A DNA stretch of 62,841 bases, counting the filler, from Candidatus Woesearchaeota archaeon (GTDB lineage Archaea > Nanobdellota > Nanobdellia > Woesearchaeales > B72-G16), in NCBI GenBank assembly GCA_003650545.1. It is 12 parts of 12 records of this genome, joined end to end, with 100 filler letters (N's around TTAATTAATTAA, not from the genome) between each part and the next. Parts side by side here need not be neighbours in the genome. Positions count along the whole stretch, not along the records: positions 10,853 to 16,158 come from QMQO01000063.1; positions 16,259 to 21,542 come from QMQO01000064.1; 10 more parts are not named here. One strand, 5' to 3'. The position numbers were made by a program, and so were the translations under genes. The notes under the pieces are model-generated. The model ran no database searches. It had not been told where the DNA came from and saw only the letters and a program-made list of their open reading frames with translations. Below, piece after piece: positions 10,753 to 19,706 of the stretch (its first letter is position 1; every line of letters starts with the position of its first letter).

Positions 10753-11001
10753 NNNNNNNNNNNNNNNNNNNNNNNNNNNNNNNNNNNNNNNNNNNNTTAA
10801 TTAATTAANNNNNNNNNNNNNNNNNNNNNNNNNNNNNNNNNNNNNNNNNNNNAAATAATAGAAAAGTGAAGGAAAAAGAAAGATAAAGAATGGAAAAAAA
10901 TCATTTCAAAGCTAAAAAGTTTCCAATGAAGAGAATGTAGATAAATGAAAATAATTGAATGATGATGATAATCATGAATAGATAATATAATTGAATGGGG
11001 A

Positions 11002-11226
11002 TTGGATTTGAAACATATTCAAATAAACAAAACAACTGATATATTCATTTATAAAAATCGTGTTAAATATAAAAAACGTGTTCAATATTCACGTAAAAAT
11101 GGTTGGATATGGATACGTTTTGAAATAAATAAAAATGGAAAGATATCATTTGGCATTACTATGTGGTATCGTGGAAAATGGTATATCGTGGATGTCTTGA
11201 AAAATGGAAAAGTTGTGATTAGATAA
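11002..11226 (+). CDS. Small basic hypothetical protein
   Basis: 74-aa ORF; start uncertain. Confidence 0.45.
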   Translation: MDLKHIQINKTTDIFIYKNRVKYKKRVQYSRKNGWIWIRFEINKNGKISFGITMWYRGKWYIVDVLKNGKVVIR

Positions 11227-11248
11227 CTGTAGTGGTGGAGGTGGAAAC

Positions 11249-11545
11249 GTGTCACAAATACTAACCACATTCATATTCATAATGATTATAATCAACGTAC
11301 AATATGTAAATGGTACAAATACACAAATAATAATAATGGTAAAGCCTATTGATGATACAATATGTGCACATGTGTGGATTTTAAACGACGACTATTACAT
11401 AGAAAAAGAACCGTTATGTGGTAACAATATTGTGAAAATATTCAACGTAATAGAGAGTTATATCTATGACAAGTTACCGATAATTGAAAAAGTTGATGTC
11501 TATGTAATAACATCAGAAGGGGTGAAAGAACTTGGGAGACATTGA
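11249..11545 (+). CDS. Hypothetical protein with N-terminal hydrophobic segment
   Basis: GGAGGTGG RBS then GTG; signal/TM-like N-terminus. Confidence 0.65.
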   Translation: MSQILTTFIFIMIIINVQYVNGTNTQIIIMVKPIDDTICAHVWILNDDYYIEKEPLCGNNIVKIFNVIESYIYDKLPIIEKVDVYVITSEGVKELGRH

Positions 11546-11686
11546 AAAAATAATTATCATAAAACGAAAAAAGCGATTAATAGAGCATATAATTGAAGCA
11601 ATAATATCAATGATTCTAACGATAATATGGATATATATTGCTTGGTTGTTGTATATGGATATTTATCCATTTAAATAACGTTTTTA

Positions 11687-11846
11687 CATTCAATTATTTT
11701 TTGATTTTTCCTATTCAATTCTTTTTCATGTTTTACATATTTCATATTTTATATTTGTATATTCCGTTTCAATTCTATTAACATTTCCTGATGTTCATTT
11801 TCAATTCTATCACCATTAACATTGTTATTAACCATTCAATTCTTTC
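11687..11846 (+). repeat. Cluster of (A/T)TTCAATT(C/A)T motifs in intergenic DNA
   Basis: Copies near 11687, 11710, 11767, 11799 and 11831; the motif recurs in the next two intergenic regions. Confidence 0.7.
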
Positions 11847-11908
11847 ATTATGTTTCGTCAATTAAAAATTTAAATATTTCGAAACAACAATTTTTTATGG
11901 TGAAAAAC

Positions 11909-12253
11909 ATGAAAATACATGAAATGAAAGAACAAATTCACAACGAAATTGTTAAGTTTTTGAAAGATAATGGTTTCATAAGCATATATGTTTCCATTGA
12001 TGTTGATATAACATCATATGGAATGTGCTATGTTAGTGTTTATATTAATGCATTGAAAGTCAAATTCAAATCAATGTATTTGAAAATCGAGAATAGTGTT
12101 GGTGAAATTGTTCTCAACGATAATGAATTGAAAATAACAATTGCTTTAGCATATGAAGTTAATGATGATATTGCAAAAATTATTAACGATGTTGTCAATC
12201 AAATCAAAACAATTGTGAAAATCATTTTAATGATTGACATTATGTCATTATAG
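11909..12253 (+). CDS. Hypothetical protein
   Basis: Start set at ATG 11909 after TTTAAATA (11868-11875) and a GGTGA RBS. Confidence 0.7.
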   Translation: MKIHEMKEQIHNEIVKFLKDNGFISIYVSIDVDITSYGMCYVSVYINALKVKFKSMYLKIENSVGEIVLNDNELKITIALAYEVNDDIAKIINDVVNQIKTIVKIILMIDIMSL

Positions 12254-12254
12254 C

Positions 12255-12347
12255 CCATTCAATTATTTTTTTATTTCTTGTTCACCATTCAATTCTTTCA
12301 TTGCTTAATCAATTCTTTCTAATTGTTACTTCCTATTCAATTCTTTC
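12255..12347 (+). repeat. Cluster of ATTCAATT(C/A)TTT motifs
   Basis: Copies at 12255, 12284, 12308 (degenerate) and 12331. Confidence 0.7.
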
Positions 12348-12443
12348 AACAATAACAGTGTTATAGCAAATTTATCAATTTAGAAATATACATGAAAAAA
12401 TTAACAAATTGAACAATAGATTATTTTAAAAACGGGGGTTGAA

Positions 12444-12908
12444 ATGATGGAAATTGAAACAACAAACAAATGCATTTATCCGAATCCAATCGGAATGTTT
12501 GAAATTGAAATATGTGGCTATGATGAATCAATTAAATCACGTATTGACAATGAATTAACGAATATAATATTCGACTTTATGAAAATGTCTGATGAAATAT
12601 ATGAAATGCTATCATCTATTGATGTTAATATTGATGATGCAATCATTAAATTTGACACATTATTAGGAAAACGAATACAAATTTATACAATATTTAAACT
12701 ATCTCGTAAATATGATGAAACAATATGGTTACGTTTATCAACACATGATATGATAATCAAAATTGATTCGAATCAAATTGAAATAATGATAATGATTGAA
12801 ACATTCATTAATGAAATTGATAGTGTATTACTAAAGGTATTACCAGAAAAAATTGAAAAAGTTGTAAATGTATTGAAATCGTTATATTCAATGTTATATT
12901 CATATTGA
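12444..12908 (+). CDS. Hypothetical protein
   Basis: 154-aa ORF with GGGGG RBS. Confidence 0.7.
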   Translation: MMEIETTNKCIYPNPIGMFEIEICGYDESIKSRIDNELTNIIFDFMKMSDEIYEMLSSIDVNIDDAIIKFDTLLGKRIQIYTIFKLSRKYDETIWLRLSTHDMIIKIDSNQIEIMIMIETFINEIDSVLLKVLPEKIEKVVNVLKSLYSMLYSY

Positions 12909-13023
12909 TATTTTTTCCTTTTACCTTTCCTATTCAATTGTTTTTCATCAAATTTCAATTCTTTATTGTGCGAAATGTTTATAAATTCACCAATATAGAT
13001 TTCTTTACTGATGGGGAAGAAAA

Positions 13024-13440
13024 ATGTCTGGTGAAACCCAAATTCAAAACCAAATTCAAATTGAAACGATTAAATCTAATCAAACATCTACTTCAACACC
13101 GAAGTATCCGCAAAACTTCGAGGAGTTATGTACCGTATTCAATTCTTCCTACGTGAATTCAGCACCTGTAGGTGATGGAAAGATGTGGTACGTCCTTTGT
13201 GAATTATCATCAAAGGATAAGGTAGTGTTGATTAAAGCAGTACGTACTAATAAAGGATGGTTTGGTCGTTCACGTATAGGAATTGAGATAGAGAAAATAG
13301 AGACTGTCATTAGTATGCTAAAGAAGTATGAGGAGGAGGCTAGAAAGAGAGTAAGAGCTAGAATTGAGGAGTTACTAAAAGATGAAGTTACAAGAAAAGT
13401 GTTGATTGAAGAATTGAAGAGACTTGGAATTATAAAGTAA
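13024..13440 (+). CDS. Hypothetical protein, possibly PC4-like nucleic-acid-binding
   Basis: TTTATAAA box (12978-12985) and GGGGA RBS; beta-strand run followed by GIEIEKIETVISML and a long helix. Confidence 0.6.
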   Translation: MSGETQIQNQIQIETIKSNQTSTSTPKYPQNFEELCTVFNSSYVNSAPVGDGKMWYVLCELSSKDKVVLIKAVRTNKGWFGRSRIGIEIEKIETVISMLKKYEEEARKRVRARIEELLKDEVTRKVLIEELKRLGIIK

Positions 13441-13463
13441 AACAATAGAAAGGTGATAGGAGA

Positions 13464-13802
13464 ATGAAAGTAACCGTTATAGAATTGACAAGTGAATGGT
13501 TAGCAATACGTTACAACAATTCAATGATATATCTTCTCAATTCTAAAGGGACGTATATTGCTGTCGAAGATGTCATTAATGTTCCATGGTTTATGAGAGA
13601 CGTTGTAAAATCATTGATACGCAAATTGAAACGTTTAAAAATCATTGAAAAAATGCCTAAGGTTGAATCAATTACTGATGAACAAATACCATACAAATCA
13701 TTGAAAATCGCATATCAATTACACTATCACTACGGTTCATATCGTGGTCGTGAATTATATCGTTATTTTCGCTCATTACTCAATTCTTCTTCATCGAAAT
13801 GA
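13464..13802 (+). CDS. Hypothetical protein
   Basis: 112-aa ORF with AGGTGA/AGGAG RBS. Confidence 0.7.
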   Translation: MKVTVIELTSEWLAIRYNNSMIYLLNSKGTYIAVEDVINVPWFMRDVVKSLIRKLKRLKIIEKMPKVESITDEQIPYKSLKIAYQLHYHYGSYRGRELYRYFRSLLNSSSSK

Positions 13803-13886
13803 TGCTTAATTCTTTTTTTGTTGATTCTCGATTCTCGATTCGTTTTTACAGGGCTTATCTGCGTATACCCCCGTGGCATACAGACC

Positions 13887-13910
13887 AATAGATACCTCTT
13901 TTTATGGGGA
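13887..13910 (+). promoter_or_regulatory. Conserved 24-bp upstream element, copy 1
   Basis: AATAGATACCTCTTTTTATGGGGA, ending 5 nt before ATG 13916. Confidence 0.75.
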
Positions 13911-13915
13911 GTCCC

Positions 13916-14422
13916 ATGTCGGAGAAAACACATTCCAAATCTCCGGTTCTCGTAATAAATCTAGATGTTCATAAACCACATGAAATATTAGTAAATGTAA
14001 TAAGGGGATTGACAAATAATGGATTTGAGGTTAGAGAAGCTATGATGGACGCGTTAGAAACGGTAGTAGTAGCAACAAAAGAGGTATATGGATTTGATTG
14101 TAGCGTAAAGATAGAGGTAATGAACAAAGAGAAAAACATCTATGTATGGTTAAAAGCATACAAAGAAACCGATTTGATAACTGGTTACAATAAAATAGAA
14201 ATTGATATTGATGAGATAACAAACAGATTCATCGAATTATTAAGAAAACAGAAAAAAGCACTGGTTGATGAATTCAAGATTAAGAAAATAATAGAGTGTA
14301 TTGAAAACATGGGCTATCAGTTACAGAGCGATGAAAAAACATTGTCAATACCAATAACATTGCTAAAAAACAAGAAGTTTGTTAAGGATTTAGCATTTTG
14401 CATTAACACAATTAATCCATAA
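13916..14422 (+). CDS. Hypothetical protein
   Basis: ORF follows the conserved 24-mer; alternative in-frame ATG at 13904. Confidence 0.7.
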   Translation: MSEKTHSKSPVLVINLDVHKPHEILVNVIRGLTNNGFEVREAMMDALETVVVATKEVYGFDCSVKIEVMNKEKNIYVWLKAYKETDLITGYNKIEIDIDEITNRFIELLRKQKKALVDEFKIKKIIECIENMGYQLQSDEKTLSIPITLLKNKKFVKDLAFCINTINP

Positions 14423-14450
14423 ACACATTTTATTTTTTGTCTTTTTCCCG

Positions 14451-14474
14451 AATAGATACCTATTTTTATGGGGA
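14451..14474 (+). promoter_or_regulatory. Conserved 24-bp upstream element, copy 2
   Basis: AATAGATACCTATTTTTATGGGGA, ending 5 nt before ATG 14480. Confidence 0.75.
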
Positions 14475-14479
14475 TAGAC

Positions 14480-15007
14480 ATGTTCACGTCTCAAACGTTT
14501 GAAAATCTTAAATCTTTACCCGTTAAAGCCTTATGTGCAGATGAAAACATTGATGAATATGTCTTTCAATTCATTGATTTATTATCAAAACAAGGATTTT
14601 CAGTAATTGAAAAGAAGATATCTGATGAATTCGTAAAAGTAAAAACATTGCTAAACATTGATGGGTACGATATTCTAATTGGATTTCTGATGGGTAGAGG
14701 AACATGCAGACTGTCAATAATCTATAAATTCAGAAAGAAATATCATGTAGAATATGTTTATAGCAGAGATAAACCGTTAATTGATGTTATTAACAAAGTG
14801 AAAGAAGTAGCAAAGTTAATGATTGACCAAATACTTAACATTGAGGAATATAACGAAGAACTGTTTTACTGTCACGAAAAAGTTGATGCTGAATATGACG
14901 AAGAAACAAACGAATTAATACTAAGAATATCGCTACCAATAACAAAGGAAGATATCAAAGAATTAAAATCATGTTTAGAAGAGATATTCATCGGTGAACA
15001 ACGATGA
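14480..15007 (+). CDS. Hypothetical protein
   Basis: ORF follows the conserved 24-mer; alternative in-frame ATG at 14468. Confidence 0.7.
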   Translation: MFTSQTFENLKSLPVKALCADENIDEYVFQFIDLLSKQGFSVIEKKISDEFVKVKTLLNIDGYDILIGFLMGRGTCRLSIIYKFRKKYHVEYVYSRDKPLIDVINKVKEVAKLMIDQILNIEEYNEELFYCHEKVDAEYDEETNELILRISLPITKEDIKELKSCLEEIFIGEQR

Positions 15008-15291
15008 ATAACAAATCGTTTAACAATACCAAATCAACTAATAATGAAAAACAAAGCAAAGATTTTTCTTTATTCAACGAAGAAAAAACAATTCTGAAAA
15101 AACTAAAGTATTTATCGTTACGTCTTATTTTATCCATTACCGAAGTAACAAATGATATAATGTTCAAATTGTCTATTAAGAAACACAAATATAAAATGCC
15201 TGATGGATATTTGCTTATAATGATGCATGAACTTGCTGAATATAACTATGAACATCTTTTAATGCTTAAAATATTGATTGGTGATATTTGA
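15004..15291 (+). CDS. Hypothetical protein
   Basis: ATGA overlap with the upstream gene; GGTGA RBS. Confidence 0.6.
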   Translation: MNNKSFNNTKSTNNEKQSKDFSLFNEEKTILKKLKYLSLRLILSITEVTNDIMFKLSIKKHKYKMPDGYLLIMMHELAEYNYEHLLMLKILIGDI

Positions 15292-15452
15292 AATGATAAA
15301 CATTTTTTATTTTGTTTTATTCGTAATGCTTCTATTTCTCTATTTATCGTTTCTTATCTTCATTGCTGAATGCATATATACGTTGTTTTATGATTATGAC
15401 TAAATAAAACAACATTTTTATCAATAGACATCTTTATTGGTGGGGGATAAAC

Positions 15453-15776
15453 ATGGAGAAAACCTTCATATGTGTTAAAAACCATGAAATTGTTCTCAAA
15501 ACAAACAATTTGGTGTATATAAACAATGGTAATATCAGAAAGATAGTCATGAAGAAAAGATACGTTGCATTTATCGAAAGCAATGATAATGAATTTATCA
15601 TTCGATTGTATACGTCAACAAAATATGCATCTGAGGAATTTGAAAGAATTGAAAATAATCTGAAAACACATTATCGCTGTGTCGAAATGGAAGTTGAAAA
15701 ATCCACAATTGCACTAGCTGATATACTCGAAGATTTAGCTAATGAGCTAAAATACAGGGGTAAAATAGGATTTTAA
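15453..15776 (+). CDS. Hypothetical protein
   Basis: GGGGGA RBS within a degenerate copy of the 24-mer (15423-15447). Confidence 0.7.
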   Translation: MEKTFICVKNHEIVLKTNNLVYINNGNIRKIVMKKRYVAFIESNDNEFIIRLYTSTKYASEEFERIENNLKTHYRCVEMEVEKSTIALADILEDLANELKYRGKIGF

Positions 15777-15792
15777 AAACCATAATTTTACA

Positions 15793-15816
15793 AATAGATA
15801 CCTGTTTTTATGGGGA
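15793..15816 (+). promoter_or_regulatory. Conserved 24-bp upstream element, copy 3
   Basis: AATAGATACCTGTTTTTATGGGGA, ending 6 nt before TTG 15823. Confidence 0.75.
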
Positions 15817-15822
15817 AAAGCC

Positions 15823-16158
15823 TTGGCGGGTGAAACACCTAAACCCGAAAACAAAGCTCCGAATGCCCAAAAAATTGTGAGCCTTAGCGAGAAAGTTAGA
15901 AAAGCTGTGCAAAAGTTAGTAGATGAGGTAAAGCAGACTGGTAGACCAGCATCAATTGAAATTCTAGAGACTGATAGGTGGGTATTGCAGATACTGGTAG
16001 TGCCACCGGGTACCGTTAGGTATGGAGCTACTACGGTACAGCGTCAAGAACCCGGAGTACTGCTAAGCATTAGAAGCAAGGCTCTATGGAGAAACAACCT
16101 AACGATAAGAGACGTTGAGGGTATAATGAGTCTGCACAGATTGATAGATGGGTTCATA
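15823..16158 (+). CDS. Putative viral ssDNA-binding protein, SIRV2 gp17-like (3'-truncated)
   Basis: Helix-KQTGRPAS-RWVLQILVVP-LLSIRSKALWRNNLTI-helix pattern matches my recollection of the rudivirus gp17 family; not verified by search. Confidence 0.5.
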
Positions 16159-16937
16159 NNNNNNNNNNNNNNNNNNNNNNNNNNNNNNNNNNNNNNNNNN
16201 NNTTAATTAATTAANNNNNNNNNNNNNNNNNNNNNNNNNNNNNNNNNNNNNNNNNNNNAGTATTTAGTTATTAAAGCGTCATACGATTTATATGAATTTT
16301 TCGAAACGCAATTTCTCAAACTTTTGAGTTGCATACTCTTTGCACACACATACAATAAACAACTAAAGTATGCATTCTCTTCTTCCGCTAGTAAAACAAA
16401 CGTTGACACATCGACACTCCATGCTGACGAATTCATTAGCTCTTCATCAACTTAGTCATATGCAATGAACAAATATATAAATACTCTATGTATGTTTATA
16501 CAAAACTATACACACAACCTAATCAATCGATCAGAACTCAACTTCGATTGATACACTTTCTCTTCCGCTAGTATGCACAAGAATCTCCGAATAATCTTAA
16601 GATTCATATATGCAAAGTTCATGTACTTCACTGATGCTTATGATCGAAATACCTTCCGGACTTCTATAGTAACACTTCGATAGGTCAATTCATCGAATGA
16701 GCATGCAACGTATACACCCTGTGTACTACCCATGCACTGTGTATAGACTGTCCATGCACTACCTCTGCACTGCGTGCAGACTACATATTCACCGAATGGT
16801 CCTTCAACTTAAACACACTTTACATACTAAATCAATCGACAACACTTCAAATTCATCAATGTCGATACGAACAATCTCTGACACAACACTTTATAATTTT
16901 TTTATCGGATTGAAAATCATCATCTCAAATTTCCATT

Positions 16938-16999
16938 TCTTTGACTCGTCTTTGACTCGTCTTCGACTCGTCTTTGACTCGTCTTCGACTCGTCTTCGA
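16938..16999 (+). repeat. 11-bp tandem repeat TT(T/C)GACTCGTC, about 5.5 copies
   Basis: Read directly from the sequence. Confidence 0.9.
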
Positions 17000-17100
17000 T
17001 TCAATGAACACTAAACAAGAAATGCAAACTCTATGCATGCATACTTTGCATACGCACACACAAACACTCAACTGATGAACTTTGCACTACAAACTCAACT

Positions 17101-17163
17101 GATGAACTTCACATACCCCACGGATGAACTTCATATACCCCATGGATGAACTTTGCATACCCC
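17101..17163 (+). repeat. 22-bp tandem repeat GATGAACTTYRYATACCCCAYG, about 3 copies
   Basis: Units start at 17101, 17123 and 17145. Confidence 0.8.
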
Positions 17164-17526
17164 CGAATACCAAACAACCAAAGCATGCATTCTCATCTTC
17201 CGCTAGTAAAACAAACATTAACACATTAACATCCCATACCGATGAACCCATTAGCTCTTCATCGACTAAGCATATAATCAATTTCAATTTACAATTTTCG
17301 ATTTTCAATTTTCAATTTACAATTTCAATTTGCATTTTTCAATCTAATTGATAAATCGGAATTCATTATCGGTGGATGCAATGTCTCTTCCGCTAGCATA
17401 CATAAGAATCTTAGAAATTTATACACAACACTTATAACGGATCGAAAGTTCGAACGGAACACTGACTAGTTTTTTATGTTTTGATGTGATAGGTCAACTC
17501 ATCGAATGAGCATGCAACGTATACAC

Positions 17527-17645
17527 CCTATGCACTGCGTGCAGACTGCCTATGCACTGCGTGCAGACTACCTATGCACTGCGTGCAGACTACCTATGCA
17601 CTGCGTGCAGACTACCTATGCACTGCGTGCAGACTGCCTATGCAT
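17527..17645 (+). repeat. 22-bp tandem repeat CCTATGCACTGCGTGCAGACT(A/G), 5 full copies plus a partial
   Basis: Units at 17527, 17549, 17571, 17593, 17615; each holds the hairpin TGCAC-TGC-GTGCA; no spacers between units. Confidence 0.95.
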
Positions 17646-18530
17646 TCAACCATTCTTCAACCTAAAGACACTTTGCATACTACTCCGATCGACAACACTT
17701 CAAAAATAAACCTTTTAACACGAACGACTTCAACGACTCAACTTTATAAAAAATATTTTTTTCAACGAATCGGAAGTCATCGGATGAGAATTCCTTTTAT
17801 TTCAAACGATTTGAAACCAGATGTCAACTCATCGAATGAGCATACAATGAATACACCCTATGCACTGCGTACAGACTACCAGCTCATCGAATGAGCATTC
17901 AACCTAAAGACACTTTGCATACTAAATCAATCAACAACACTTCAAAAATACATCTTCCGATACAAAGTCCTCCGACAACTCAACTTTATAAAAAATATTT
18001 TTTTTCCATCGAATTGAACTTTGTCAACTCCATTTGCTATTTCTTTTCAAACGATTTGAAACCATAGGTCAACTCATCGAATGAATATGCAACGTATACA
18101 CCCTCTGGACTATGTGCAGACTACATGCAAACTACCTATCCATCGGATGAGCATTCAACCTAAAGACACTTTGCATACTACTCCGATCGACAACACTTCA
18201 AATTTATTGATGTCGATACGAACAACTTCAACGACTTAACTTTATAAAAAATATTTTTTTTTCAACGAATCGGAAGTCATCGGATGAGAAACTTCTTTTT
18301 CCGCTATTACTTAAACAATCTAAAAATCATCGATCTATTTGTCGAAGCTAGAGTCAACATATAGACCCTATGCACTGCGTACAGACTGTCTATCCATCGG
18401 ATGAGCATTCAACCTAAAGACACTTTACATACTAAATCAATCGACAACTCATCGATTCCGATACAATGAATACAAAGTGCCCATTCAATGCAAACTCCAT
18501 ACGCAACTAGTTCATAGACAATGCATACTG

Positions 18531-18671
18531 AATTTGTCATCGACTGAAAACCAGCGGAATGAGTACATAGCATGACATATAAAAATTTATTTTTGCAATT
18601 TCTCGAAAACCTCTGAGCAAAAAACTTTTTGAGATTTCAGATTTGAGCACGTATGCATTCGCGAATGTTCA
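18531..18671 (+). repeat. About 141-bp near-identical direct repeat, copy 1 (copy 2 at 19141-19281)
   Basis: AATTTGTCATCGACTGAAAAC(C/T)AGCGGAATGAG...GCATTCGCGAATGTTCA; one mismatch seen by eye. Confidence 0.93.
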
Positions 18672-19706
18672 TATAGATCATCTCATCAAGTTTGGATACT
18701 TTGTATGCAAAGTTCGCGTACTTCATCGATGCTTATGATCGGAACACCTTCCGGACTTCTATAATAACACTTCGATAGATCAATTCATCGACTGTTCATT
18801 GACTTTGCGTTTAATGTAGACACAGTCTAGATCAAACCAGCTCACAACATTTTTTGATTTTTAAATTTTCGATCATGAGATTCTTCCGACACAACACAAT
18901 TAAAAAAATAATTTTTTTATCGATTGGGAGTCATCGGATGAGAACTTCTATTTCTTCGTTATTTTGTCGATTCATCATCAGTTCATCGTTAGTTTGTCAT
19001 CAGTTCTTCCGCTATTTCGTCGACTCATCCGCTATTCGTCGTTAGTTCATCCGCTATTCAATGAACGCCAACTCAACGAACAGACAGTCTGGACTACGTG
19101 TGAACTTAGTGTGGACTGCATGCGAACTCAATGCGACTTGAATTTGTCATCGACTGAAAACTAGCGGAATGAGTACATAGCATGACATATAAAAATTTAT
19201 TTTTGCAATTTCTCGAAAACCTCTGAGCAAAAAACTTTTTGAGATTTCAGATTTGAGCACGTATGCATTCGCGAATGTTCACACGAATTCTTTCATCAAG
19301 TTTGCATACTTTACATACTCAACCAACTTTGCATACAATCCTCGTCAAATGCGCAAAGCTTCTCATCTTCCGCTAGTGAAACAAACATTGACATCTCAAC
19401 ATCTCCCGCTGATGTGATCATTAGCACCCGATGAATTCGTCGTTTGATGATACACGGATTTGTGGATAAATGTGCTTATTGATGAATTACGAATGTATCA
19501 CAGGTAAATCATAGATGAATTGCGAATGTATAAACTAATCAAATAATCAGAGCTAATGTTGACTGCCGCAATGTCTCTTCCGCTAGCAAACTGTGAGAAA
19601 ACAAAAAATAAACTGTTCATTCCGTGTATGCAAAGTTGCCAAGGATCGGTGCTTCGATGTGACAATTGTTGAAGGTTGGTCAATTAAAAAGAAAATATTT
19701 TTTGAA

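Larger units (their letters stand above)
10853..16158 (+). mobile_element. AT-rich archaeal virus-like contig of small co-oriented genes
   Basis: About 12 short orphan ORFs on one strand, archaeal GGGG/GGTG RBS and TATA boxes, no housekeeping genes; the last ORF resembles a rudivirus-type ssDNA-binding protein. Confidence 0.6.
16259..19690. repeat. About 3.4 kb non-coding nested repeat field
   Basis: Several interleaved repeat families: TCTTCCGCTAG x6; GTCAA(C/T)TCATCGAATGA module near 16684, 17493, 17823, 18068; ~85-bp repeat at 16611-16696 and 18706-18791; ~141-bp repeat. No credible ORFs. Confidence 0.92.

Noticed and set aside
13822..13886. GATTCTC mini-tandem and imperfect GC-rich hairpin before the first 24-bp element
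   Set aside because: Single occurrence with weak pairing; cannot be distinguished from chance.
17527..17645. 22-bp palindromic repeats as a CRISPR array
   Set aside because: The units are head-to-tail with no unique spacers, and no cas genes are present.
16259..19683. Short ORFs in the repeat field (e.g. MSMQRIHP..., MHCVQTT...)
   Set aside because: They are translations of the DNA repeats, in inconsistent frames, with no protein-like features.
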